A stretch of 64,000 bases of DNA from the human T2T-CHM13v2.0 reference genome, Homo sapiens: NCBI RefSeq assembly GCF_009914755.1, contig NC_060943.1; one strand, written 5' to 3'. This document shows positions 23,796-36,416 of this stretch, piece by piece. Both the position numbers and the translations under genes were made by a program. Under the pieces are notes generated by a model, which saw only the letters and a program-made list of their open reading frames with translations, did no database searches and was not told the origin of the DNA. Each line of letters starts with the position of its first letter. Positions within the stretch are counted from its first letter, which is position 1.

Positions 23796-26280
23796 CCTTC
23801 TCGCTCTTTCCGTGGCCCTCTCTTTCTGTCTCTGTCCGTCTGTGTGCGTGCGCCTCGGGACACATGTGCCCTGTGCGCCGGAGGGTGGGTTTCTTGCACG
23901 TCGGCCTTTCTTCTGGTCAGCCTCTCCCCGCGTCTCTGCCTGGGTCGTGTGGCCGGTTGGCAGTCGTCGTCCCGGCGGTTCCAGTTTGGGGGTCTGTGAA
24001 GGCCTGGGCAACGTGGGCATCGGCGTCGGACCCGCAGGGGTTTTCATCCCCTCCCCATCCGGAGCAGCCTCTTTGCTAGGCTGGATCCAGACGAGCGCTC
24101 CCCAACCAAGGACAACGGCCTCCCAGGCGCTCATCGTCCACCCGCAGGAGGGTGCCCGCAGAGCTTCAAGAAGGTGGTTGTCACGCCTGTCGCCCTCTGC
24201 CCTCATCGAGAAATGTAGCCACAGCTCGACGCAGGGACGGAGAAGGAAGCCGGCAAGGGGATGGGGCAAGCATGTCTGTCTCTCAAAGGCTGGCCTTCCT
24301 GGCCGAGTCACCCGTTTGACACTCCTCCCCGGATGCCGGTGGTGGTGGCATGGCCCCCCCGTATCCTGCCTGGGCTCTGGCCTCTGCTCTGACCTCCCTC
24401 TTGCTGTGTCTGCCCCGTCTCTGAGAAGCCTGGCGGCTTCTTAGTGTGGCTCAGTGTCTTCCACAAAGAAGACTTCCCCGTCCATCAGGGAGAAACCTCG
24501 TGGCGGTCCGCGTCATGATTGTTTCCCTCTCCACACCTCTTTCTGGATGATTGGGCAGCTGTGGTGATCCTGGAGCTCTGGGCTTCCATACCTGTGTGGG
24601 ACAGGGAAGCTCTCTCGGTCTCCATGGCCCAAGTGATGGCTGCACGCTCGGTCCAGGAAGAGGCGGAGGCAAGCCCACCGCTCCTGACATTGGCCTTCTA
24701 GGAAAGGCGGTGTTGCATCCCACCTGCACTTCCTCTCTGATTCTTGAGGGCCAACCGCTTCCTCCGCTCCTGGGGAAAGTGCCTTCTAGCACCGAATCTT
24801 TTGGCTGCCACGGATGTCAGGGAGCCAACGGGACTGGGTTTTGGCTGGGTGCAGGGGAGGTTGCGTCAGGGGTACCTAGCCGGCGGCGGGCTGGGGGTGG
24901 GGTGTACTTTGTCCAAACCTCTCGGCTCCTCTGGCGGGCCTCCCTGAACGTGGCGTGGACTCGCGCACAGGCCCTGTCTCGCAGGTTTTCAGGTGCGCTT
25001 GGCTTTTCCTCCGCTTTGTGGGGCAGGTCTCCAGTGGCCCCCCGGGCGCACGCCTGGACATCACTGTCCGTCTCGTCGTCGCCCCCTACGGCCTCAAAGA
25101 CACACGCTGCCTGCATGTGCTCTTGGGGGACGACGGTGCCACATGTGTACACACTCGCTCCAGCTCGGACTCGCCTCTGTCTCTCTTTGCCCGTGTCGCC
25201 GGAAGCCGCCTCGGGTTGCCGGAGCCCTCGGGCCTTGGAGATGAAGGCAGGCCCCTGCTCCTGCCAGGAAGGAGGGAGGCAGTGGGCTCATGGGTCGGTG
25301 CCTTTGCAGCCGACAGCACGCCTTGCGGCCCTGGGGATCTTCCTGTGCCCCGGCGAGACCCTTTCCGCCTCACTGCATTGGAACCCCATTCCCGATCACC
25401 CGCTGGGATCCATCATCGGACCCCAAGAGGAGTCCGCGCAGCCCAGCCGGCACCCCGAAGCTCCTCCTTCAGTGGGAACCGAAGCAGAAGAGCGATCAAG
25501 GAGGTCCTCACCACAGGACTCATGGGTCCGACCCTGGGTCTCCCGCAGGCCCCTCTGGCAGTCCTCTCCCCACCCGCCGCCTCGGGCTGCGCCTTCGCCG
25601 CCGCCGCCGCAACCTCCAGCACCGCCGCCCCAGGCCCCGCAGCCGCCGCGTCGCCGCCATTTTTTAAAGGGTCCGCAGCCTGACTCTGCGGAGTAAGGGG
25701 GGGTGGAGCGGGGGAGTCGGCCTCGCCAGCGCGCATGCGCGAGGCCCGAGCCGCCGCTTGGGTCACAGTGAAAGCCACCGTTGCCCGGGGATGGGTCCCT
25801 GACACTTGGGGAAGTAGGAGCCCTGTGTGATCGTACGTCTGAGTCTGGGCTGAGACCAGTCCTGGCCAGGGCAGTTACCAGGACGGTCTCCGGAGGCCGG
25901 GATTCGCGGAGGGTCCAGCAGCAGGAAGAAACCCCAGGAGGAAGAAACCTCAGACAGATCGCCGGCGAGGCAGCGCGGGATCCCAGCCTCAGGCGTGCGC
26001 GGACGGTGTGCGGGTGAGTCTCCCCAAAAGTGGAGCCCTTGTGATGACGAGCACAGGTCCGCCTGCGTGCCCGTGGGCTGCTCTCTCACCGGTGGCTCTC
26101 AGTCGCGGAGAGCAGAACCCGGCAGCTTCAGGGGCTGCCTGCGGGAGGGTGTTCCCTGCTGTACGTGTGTGTTCGTCATGGGTGTGTGTGTGTGTGTGTT
26201 GGGGGGGTGCGTCTGTGTGTGTGTCTGTGTGTGTGCGCGCGCAGTGCCTGTCTGTGTGCCGACTTCTGTCTCTCTCTCAC

Positions 26281-26321
<41 letters not shown>

Positions 26322-28795
26322 CCTTCTCGCTCTTTCCGTGGCCCTCTCTTTCTGTCTCTGTCCGTCTGTGTGCGTGCGCCTCGGGACACATGTGCCCTGT
26401 GCGCCGGAGGGTGGGTTTCTTGCACGTCGGCCTTTCTTCTGGTCAGCCTCTCCCCGCGTCTCTGCCTGGGTCGTGTGGCCGGTTGGCAGTCGTCGTCCCG
26501 GCGGTTCCAGTTTGGGGGTCTGTGAAGGCCTGGGCAACGTGGGCATCGGCGTCGGACCCGCAGGGGTTTTCATCCCCTCCCCATCCGGAGCAGCCTCTTT
26601 GCTAGGCTGGATCCAGACGAGCGCTCCCCAACCAAGGACAACGGCCTCCCAGGCGCTCATCGTCCACCCGCAGGAGGGTGCCCGCAGAGCTTCAAGAAGG
26701 TGGTTGTCACGCCTGTCGCCCTCTGCCCTCATCGAGAAATGTAGCCACAGCTCGACGCAGGGACGGAGAAGGAAGCCGGCAAGGGGATGGGGCAAGCATG
26801 TCTGTCTCTCAAAGGCTGGCCTTCCTGGCCGAGTCACCCGTTTGACACTCCTCCCCGGATGCCGGTGGTGGTGGCATGGCCCCCCCGTATCCTGCCTGGG
26901 CTCTGGCCTCTGCTCTGACCTCCCTCTTGCTGTGTCTGCCCCGTCTCTGAGAAGCCTGGCGGCTTCTTAGTGTGGCTCAGTGTCTTCCACAAAGAAGACT
27001 TCCCCGTCCATCAGGGAGAAACCTCGTGGCGGTCCGCGTCATGATTGTTTCCCTCTCCACACCTCTTTCTGGATGATTGGGCAGCTGTGGTGATCCTGGA
27101 GCTCTGGGCTTCCATACCTGTGTGGGACAGGGAAGCTCTCTCGGTCTCCATGGCCCAAGTGATGGCTGCACGCTCGGTCCAGGAAGAGGCGGAGGCAAGC
27201 CCACCGCTCCTGACATTGGCCTTCTAGGAAAGGCGGTGTTGCATCCCACCTGCACTTCCTCTCTGATTCTTGAGGGCCAACCGCTTCCTCCGCTCCTGGG
27301 GAAAGTGCCTTCTAGCACCGAATCTTTTGGCTGCCACGGATGTCAGGGAGCCAACGGGACTGGGTTTTGGCTGGGTGCAGGGGAGGTTGCGTCAGGGGTA
27401 CCTAGCCGGCGGCGGGCTGGGGGTGGGGTGTACTTTGTCCAAACCTCTCGGCTCCTCTGGCGGGCCTCCCTGAACGTGGCGTGGACTCGCGCACAGGCCC
27501 TGTCTCGCAGGTTTTCAGGTGCGCTTGGCTTTTCCTCCGCTTTGTGGGGCAGGTCTCCAGTGGCCCCCCGGGCGCACGCCTGGACATCACTGTCCGTCTC
27601 GTCGTCGCCCCCTACGGCCTCAAAGACACACGCTGCCTGCATGTGCTCTTGGGGGACGACGGTGCCACATGTGTACACACTCGCTCCAGCTCGGACTCGC
27701 CTCTGTCTCTCTTTGCCCGTGTCGCCGGAAGCCGCCTCGGGTTGCCGGAGCCCTCGGGCCTTGGAGATGAAGGCAGGCCCCTGCTCCTGCCAGGAAGGAG
27801 GGAGGCAGTGGGCTCATGGGTCGGTGCCTTTGCAGCCGACAGCACGCCTTGCGGCCCTGGGGATCTTCCTGTGCCCCGGCGAGACCCTTTCCGCCTCACT
27901 GCATTGGAACCCCATTCCCGATCACCCGCTGGGATCCATCATCGGACCCCAAGAGGAGTCCGCGCAGCCCAGCCGGCACCCCGAAGCTCCTCCTTCAGTG
28001 GGAACCGAAGCAGAAGAGCGATCAAGGAGGTCCTCACCACAGGACTCATGGGTCCGACCATGGGTCTCCCGCAGGCCCCTCTGGCAGTCCTCTCCCCACC
28101 CGCCGCCTCGGGCTGCGCCTTCGCCGCCGCCGCCGCAACCTCCAGCACCGCCGCCCCAGGCCCCGCAGCCGCCGCGTCGCCGCCATTTTTTAAAGGGTCC
28201 GCAGCCTGACTCTGCGGAGTAAGGGGGGGTGGAGCGGGGGAGTCGGCCTCGCCAGCGCGCATGCGCGAGGCCCGAGCCGCCGCTTGGGTCACAGTGAAAG
28301 CCACCGTTGCCCGGGGATGGGTCCCTGACACTTGGGGAAGTAGGAGCCCTGTGTGATCGTGCGTCTGAGTCTGGGCTGAGACCAGTCCTGGCCAGGGCAG
28401 TTACCAGGACGGTCTCCGGAGGCCGGGATTCGCGGAGGGTCCAGCAGCAGGAAGAAACCCCAGGAGGAAGAAACCTCAGACAGATCGCCGGCGAGGCAGC
28501 GCGGGATCCCAGCCTCAGGCGTGCGCGGACGGTGTGCGGGTGAGTCTCCCCAAAAGTGGAGCCCTTGTGATGACGAGCACAGGTCCGCCTGCGTGCCCGT
28601 GGGCTGCTCTCTCACCGGTGGCTCTCAGTCGCGGAGAGCAGAACCCGGCAGCTTCAGGGGCTGCCTGCGGGAGGGTGTTCCCTGCTGTACGTGTGTGTTC
28701 GTCATGGGTGTGTGTGTGTGTGTGTTGGGGGGGGTGCGTCTGTGTGTGTGCGCGCGCAGTGCCTGTCTGTGTGCCGACTTCTGTCTCTCTCTCAC

Positions 28796-28834
<39 letters not shown>

Positions 28835-31323
28835 CCTTCTCGCTCTTTCCGTGGCCCTCTCTTTCTGTCTCTGTCCGTCTGTGTGTGCGTGCGCCTCGGG
28901 ACACATGTGCCCTGTGCGCCGGAGGGTGGGTTTCTTGCACGTCGGCCTTTCTTCTGGTCAGCCTCTCCCCGCGTCTCTGCCTGGGTCGTGTGGCCGGTTG
29001 GCAGTCGTCGTCCCGGCGGTTCCAGTTTGGGGGTCTGTGAAGGCCTGGGCAACGTGGGCATCGGCGTCGGACCCGCAGGGGTTTTCATCCCCTCCCCATC
29101 CGGAGCAGCCTCTTTGCTAGGCTGGATCCAGACGAGCGCTCCCCAACCAAGGACAACGGCCTCCCAGGCGCTCATCGTCCACCCGCAGGAGGGTGCCCGC
29201 AGAGCTTCAAGAAGGTGGTTGTCACGCCTGTCGCCCTCTGCCCTCATCGAGAAATGTAGCCACAGCTCGACGCAGGGACGGAGAAGGAAGCCGGCAAGGG
29301 GATGGGGCAAGCATGTCTGTCTCTCAAAGGCTGGCCTTCCTGGCCGAGTCACCCGTTTGACACTCCTCCCCGGATGCCGGTGGTGGTGGCATGGCCCCCC
29401 CGTATCCTGCCTGGGCTCTGGCCTCTGCTCTGACCTCCCTCTTGCTGTGTCTGCCCCGTCTCTGAGAAGCCTGGCGGCTTCTTAGTGTGGCTCAGTGTCT
29501 TCCACAAAGAAGACTTCCCCGTCCATCAGGGAGAAACCTCGTGGCGGTCCGCGTCATGATTGTTTCCCTCTCCACACCTCTTTCTGGATGATTGGGCAGC
29601 TGTGGTGATCCTGGAGCTCTGGGCTTCCATACCTGTGTGGGACAGGGAAGCTCTCTCGGTCTCCATGGCCCAAGTGATGGCTGCACGCTCGGTCCAGGAA
29701 GAGGCGGAGGCAAGCCCACCGCTCCTGACATTGGCCTTCTAGGAAAGGCGGTGTTGCATCCCACCTGCACTTCCTCTCTGATTCTTGAGGGCCAACCGCT
29801 TCCTCCGCTCCTGGGGAAAGTGCCTTCTAGCACCGAATCTTTTGGCTGCCACGGATGTCAGGGAGCCAACGGGACTGGGTTTTGGCTGGGTGCAGGGGAG
29901 GTTGCGTCAGGGGTACCTAGCCGGCGGCGGGCTGGGGGTGGGGTGTACTTTGTCCAAACCTCTCGGCTCCTCTGGCGGGCCTCCCTGAACGTGGCGTGGA
30001 CTCGCGCACAGGCCCTGTCTCGCAGGTTTTCAGGTGCGCTTGGCTTTTCCTCCGCTTTGTGGGGCAGGTCTCCAGTGGCCCCCCGGGCGCACGCCTGGAC
30101 ATCACTGTCCGTCTCGTCGTCGCCCCCTACGGCCTCAAAGACACACGCTGCCTGCATGTGCTCTTGGGGGACGACAGTGCCACATGTGGACACACTGGCT
30201 CCAGCTCGGACTCGCCTCTGTCTCTCTTTGCCCGTGTCGCCGGAAGCCGCCTCGGGTTGCCGGAGCCCTCGGGCCTTGGAGATGAAGGCAGGCCCCTGCT
30301 CCTGCCAGGAAGGAGGGAGGCAGTGGGCTCATGGGTCGGTGCCTTTGCAGCCGACAGCACGCCTTGCGGCCCTGGGGATCTTCCTGTGCCCCGGCGAGAC
30401 CCTTTCCGCCTCACTGCATTGGAACCCCATTCCCGATCACCCGCTGGGATCCATCATCGGACCCCAAGAGGAGTCCGCGCAGCCCAGCCGGCACCCCGAA
30501 GCTCCTCCTTCAGTGGGAACCGAAGCAGAAGAGCGATCAAGGAGGTCCTCACCACAGGACTCCTATGGGTCCGACCCTGGGTCTCCCGCAGGCCCCTCTG
30601 GCAGTCCTCTCCCCACCCGCCGCCTCGGGCTGCGCCTTCGCCGCCGCCGCCGCAACCTCCAGCACCGCCGCCCCAGGCCCCGCAGCCGCCGCGTCGCCGC
30701 CATTTTTTAAAGGGTCCGCAGCCTGACTCTGCGGAGTAAGGGGGGGTGGAGCGGGGGAGTCGGCCTCGCCAGCGCGCATGCGCGAGGCCCGAGCCGCCGC
30801 TTGGGTCACAGTGAAAGCCACCGTTGCCCGGGGATGGGTCCCTGACACTTGGGGAAGTAGGAGCCCTGTGTGATCGTACGTCTGAGTCTGGGCTGAGACC
30901 AGTCCTGGCCAGGGCAGTTACCAGGACGGTCTCCGGAGGCCGGGATTCGCGGAGGGTCCAGCAGCAGGAAGAAACCCCAGGAGGAAGAAACCTCAGACAG
31001 ATCGCCGGCGAGGCAGCGCGGGATCCCAGCCTCAGGCGTGCGCGGACGGTGTGCGGGTGAGTCTCCCCAAAAGTGGAGCCCTTGTGATGACGAGCACAGG
31101 TCCGCCTGCGTGCCCGTGGGCTGCTCTCTCACCGGTGGCTCTCAGTCGCGGAGAGCAGAACCCGGCAGCTTCAGGGGCTGCCTGCGGGAGGGTGTTCCCT
31201 GCTGTACGTGTGTGTTCGTCATGGGTGTGTGTGTGTGTGTGTTGGGGGGGTGCGTCTGTGTGTGTGTCTGTGTGTGTGCGCGCGCAGTGCCTGTCTGTGT
31301 GCCGACTTCTGTCTCTCTCTCAC

Positions 31324-31364
<41 letters not shown>

Positions 31365-33849
31365 CCTTCTCGCTCTTTCCGTGGCCCTCTCTTTCTGTCT
31401 CTGTCCGTCTGTGTGCGTGCGCCTCGGGACACATGTGCCCTGTGCGCCGGAGGGTGGGTTTCTTGCACGTCGGCCTTTCTTCTGGTCAGCCTCTCCCCGC
31501 GTCTCTGCCTGGGTCGTGTGGCCGGTTGGCAGTCGTCGTCCCGGCGGTTCCAGTTTGGGGGTCTGTGAAGGCCTGGGCAACGTGGGCATCGGCGTCGGAC
31601 CCGCAGGGGTTTTCATCCCCTCCCCATCCGGAGCAGCCTCTTTGCTAGGCTGGATCCAGACGAGCGCTCCCCAACCAAGGACAACGGCCTCCCAGGCGCT
31701 CATCGTCCACCCGCAGGAGGGTGCCCGCAGAGCTTCAAGAAGGTGGTTGTCACGCCTGTCGCCCTCTGCCCTCATCGAGAAATGTAGCCACAGCTCGACG
31801 CAGGGACGGAGAAGGAAGCCGGCAAGGGGATGGGGCAAGCATGTCTGTCTCTCAAAGGCTGGCCTTCCTGGCCGAGTCACCCGTTTGACACTCCTCCCCG
31901 GATGCCGGTGGTGGTGGCATGGCCCCCCCGTATCCTGCCTGGGCTCTGGCCTCTGCTCTGACCTCCCTCTTGCTGTGTCTGCCCCGTCTCTGAGAAGCCT
32001 GGCGGCTTCTTAGTGTGGCTCAGTGTCTTCCACAAAGAAGACTTCCCCGTCCATCAGGGAGAAACCTCGTGGCGGTCCGCGTCATGATTGTTTCCCTCTC
32101 CACACCTCTTTCTGGATGATTGGGCAGCTGTGGTGATCCTGGAGCTCTGGGCTTCCATACCTGTGTGGGACAGGGAAGCTCTCTCGGTCTCCATGGCCCA
32201 AGTGATGGCTGCACGCTCGGTCCAGGAAGAGGCGGAGGCAAGCCCACCGCTCCTGACATTGGCCTTCTAGGAAAGGCGGTGTTGCATCCCACCTGCACTT
32301 CCTCTCTGATTCTTGAGGGCCAACCGCTTCCTCCGCTCCTGGGGAAAGTGCCTTCTAGCACCGAATCTTTTGGCTGCCACGGATGTCAGGGAGCCAACGG
32401 GACTGGGTTTTGGCTGGGTGCAGGGGAGGTTGCGTCAGGGGTACCTAGCCGGCGGCGGGCTGGGGGTGGGGTGTACTTTGTCCAAACCTCTCGGCTCCTC
32501 TGGCGGGCCTCCCTGAACGTGGCGTGGACTCGCGCACAGGCCCTGTCTCGCAGGTTTTCAGGTGCGCTTGGCTTTTCCTCCGCTTTGTGGGGCAGGTCTC
32601 CAGTGGCCCCCCGGGCGCACGCCTGGACATCACTGTCCGTCTCGTCGTCGCCCCCTACGGCCTCAAAGACACACGCTGCCTGCATGTGCTCTTGGGGGAC
32701 GACAGTGCCACATGTGGACACACTGGCTCCAGCTCGGACTCGCCTCTGTCTCTCTTTGCCCGTGTCGCCGGAAGCCGCCTCGGGTTGCCGGAGCCCTCGG
32801 GCCTTGGAGATGAAGGCAGGCCCCTGCTCCTGCCAGGAAGGAGGGAGGCAGTGGGCTCATGGGTCGGTGCCTTTGCAGCCGACAGCACGCCTTGCGGCCC
32901 TGGGGATCTTCCTGTGCCCCGGCGAGACCCTTTCCGCCTCACTGCATTGGAACCCCATTCCCGATCACCCGCTGGGATCCATCATCGGACCCCAAGAGGA
33001 GTCCGCGCAGCCCAGCCGGCACCCCGAAGCTCCTCCTTCAGTGGGAACCGAAGCAGAAGAGCGATCAAGGAGGTCCTCACCACAGGACTCATGGGTCCGA
33101 CCCTGGGTCTCCCGCAGGCCCCTCTGGCAGTCCTCTCCCCACCCGCCGCCTCGGGCTGCGCCTTCGCCGCCGCCGCCGCAACCTCCAGCACCGCCGCCCC
33201 AGGCCCCGCAGCCGCCGCGTCGCCGCCATTTTTTAAAGGGTCCGCAGCCTGACTCTGCGGAGTAAGGGGGGGTGGAGCGGGGGAGTCGGCCTCGCCAGCG
33301 CGCATGCGCGAGGCCCGAGCCGCCGCTTGGGTCACAGTGAAAGCCACCGTTGCCCGGGGATGGGTCCCTGACACTTGGGGAAGTAGGAGCCCTGTGTGAT
33401 CGTACGTCTGAGTCTGGGCTGAGACCAGTCCTGGCCAGGGCAGTTACCAGGACGGTCTCCGGAGGCCGGGATTCGCGGAGGGTCCAGCAGCAGGAAGAAA
33501 CCCCAGGAGGAAGAAACCTCAGACAGATCGCCGGCGAGGCAGCGCGGGATCCCAGCCTCAGGCGTGCGCGGACGGTGTGCGGGTGAGTCTCCCCAAAAGT
33601 GGAGCCCTTGTGATGACGAGCACAGGTCCGCCTGCGTGCCCGTGGGCTGCTCTCTCACCGGTGGCTCTCAGTCGCGGAGAGCAGAACCCGGCAGCTTCAG
33701 GGGCTGCCTGCGGGAGGGTGTTCCCTGCTGTACGTGTGTGTTCGTCATGGGTGTGTGTGTGTGTGTGTTGGGGGGGTGCGTCTGTGTGTGTGTCTGTGTG
33801 TGTGCGCGCGCAGTGCCTGTCTGTGTGCCGACTTCTGTCTCTCTCTCAC

Positions 33850-33888
<39 letters not shown>

Positions 33889-36373
33889 CCTTCTCGCTCT
33901 TTCCGTGGCCCTCTCTTTCTGTCTCTGTCCGTCTGTGTGCGTGCGCCTCGGGACACATGTGCCCTGTGCGCCGGAGGGTGGGTTTCTTGCACGTCGGCCT
34001 TTCTTCTGGTCAGCCTCTCCCCGCGTCTCTGCCTGGGTCGTGTGGCCGGTTGGCAGTCGTCGTCCCGGCGGTTCCAGTTTGGGGGTCTGTGAAGGCCTGG
34101 GCAACGTGGGCATCGGCGTTGGACCCGCAGGGGTTTTCATCCCCTCCCCATCCGGAGCAGCCTCTTTGCTAGGCTGGATCCAGACGAGCGCTCCCCAACC
34201 AAGGACAACGGCCTCCCAGGCGCTCATCGTCCACCCGCAGGAGGGTGCCCGCAGAGCTTCAAGAAGGTGGTTGTCACGCCTGTCGCCCTCTGCCCTCATC
34301 GAGAAATGTAGCCACAGCTCGACGCAGGGACGGAGAAGGAAGCCGGCAAGGGGATGGGGCAAGCATGTCTGTCTCTCAAAGGCTGGCCTTCCTGGCCGAG
34401 TCACCCGTTTGACACTCCTCCCCGGATGCCGGTGGTGGTGGCATGGCCCCCCCGTATCCTGCCTGGGCTCTGGCCTCTGCTCTGACCTCCCTCTTGCTGT
34501 GTCTGCCCCGTCTCTGAGAAGCCTGGCGGCTTCTTAGTGTGGCTCAGTGTCTTCCACAAAGAAGACTTCCCCGTCCATCAGGGAGAAACCTCGTGGCGGT
34601 CCGCGTCATGCTTGTTTCCCTCTCCACACCTCTTTCTGGATGATTGGGCAGCTGTGGTGATCCTGGAGCTCTGGGCTTCCATACCTGTGTGGGACAGGGA
34701 AGCTCTCTCGGTCTCCATGGCCCAAGTGATGGCTGCACGCTCGGTCCAGGAAGAGGCGGAGGCAAGCCCACCGCTCCTGACATTGGCCTTCTAGGAAAGG
34801 CGGTGTTGCATCCCACCTGCACTTCCTCTCTGATTCTTGAGGGCCAACCGCTTCCTCCGCTCCTGGGGAAAGTGCCTTCTAGCACCGAATCTTTTGGCTG
34901 CCACGGATGTCAGGGAGCCAACGGGACTGGGTTTTGGCTGGGTGCAGGGGAGGTTGCGTCAGGGGTACCTAGCCGGCGGCGGGCTGGGGGTGGGGTGTAC
35001 TTTGTCCAAACCTCTCGGCTCCTCTGGCGGGCCTCCCTGAACGTGGCGTGGACTCGCGCACAGGCCCTGTCTCGCAGGTTTTCAGGTGCGCTTGGCTTTT
35101 CCTCCGCTTTGTGGGGCAGGTCTCCAGTGGCCCCCCGGGCGCACGCCTGGACATCACTGTCCGTCTCGTCGTCGCCCCCTACGGCCTCAAAGACACACGC
35201 TGCCTGCATGTGCTCTTGGGGGACGACAGTGCCACATGTGGACACACTGGCTCCAGCTCGGACTCGCCTCTGTCTCTCTTTGCCCGTGTCGCCGGAAGCC
35301 GCCTCGGGTTGCCGGAGCCCTCGGGCCTTGGAGATGAAGGCAGGCCCCTGCTCCTGCCAGGAAGGAGGGAGGCAGTGGGCTCATGGGTCGGTGCCTTTGC
35401 AGCCGACAGCACGCCTTGCGGCCCTGGGGATCTTCCTGTGCCCCGGCGAGACCCTTTCCGCCTCACTGCATTGGAACCCCATTCCCGATCACCCGCTGGG
35501 ATCCATCATCGGACCCCAAGAGGAGTCCGCGCAGCCCAGCCGGCACCCCGAAGCTCCTCCTTCAGTGGGAACCGAAGCAGAAGAGCGATCAAGGAGGTCC
35601 TCACCACAGGACTCATGGGTCCGACCATGGGTCTCCCGCAGGCCCCTCTGGCAGTCCTCTCCCCACCCGCCGCCTCGGGCTGCGCCTTCGCCGCCGCCGC
35701 CGCAACCTCCAGCACCGCCGCCCCAGGCCCCGCAGCCGCCGCGTCGCCGCCATTTTTTAAAGGGTCCGCAGCCTGACTCTGCGGAGTAAGGGGGGGTGGA
35801 GCGGGGGAGTCGGCCTCGCCAGCGCGCATGCGCGAGGCCCGAGCCGCCGCTTGGGTCACAGTGAAAGCCACCGTTGCCCGGGGATGGGTCCCTGACACTT
35901 GGGGAAGTAGGAGCCCTGTGTGATCGTACGTCTGAGTCTGGGCTGAGACCAGTCCTGGCCAGGGCAGTTACCAGGACGGTCTCCGGAGGCCGGGATTCGC
36001 GGAGGGTCCAGCAGCAGGAAGAAACCCCAGGAGGAAGAAACCTCAGACAGATCGCCGGCGAGGCAGCGCGGGATCCCAGCCTCAGGCGTGCGCGGACGGT
36101 GTGCGGGTGAGTCTCCCCAAAAGTGGAGCCCTTGTGATGACGAGCACAGGTCCGCCTGCGTGCCCGTGGGCTGCTCTCTCACCGGTGGCTCTCAGTCGCG
36201 GAGAGCAGAACCCGGCAGCTTCAGGGGCTGCCTGCGGGAGGGTGTTCCCTGCTGTACGTGTGTGTTCGTCATGGGTGTGTGTGTGTGTGTGTTGGGGGGG
36301 TGCGTCTGTGTGTGTGTCTGTGTGTGTGCGCGCGCAGTGCCTGTCTGTGTGCCGACTTCTGTCTCTCTCTCAC

Positions 36374-36416
<43 letters not shown>

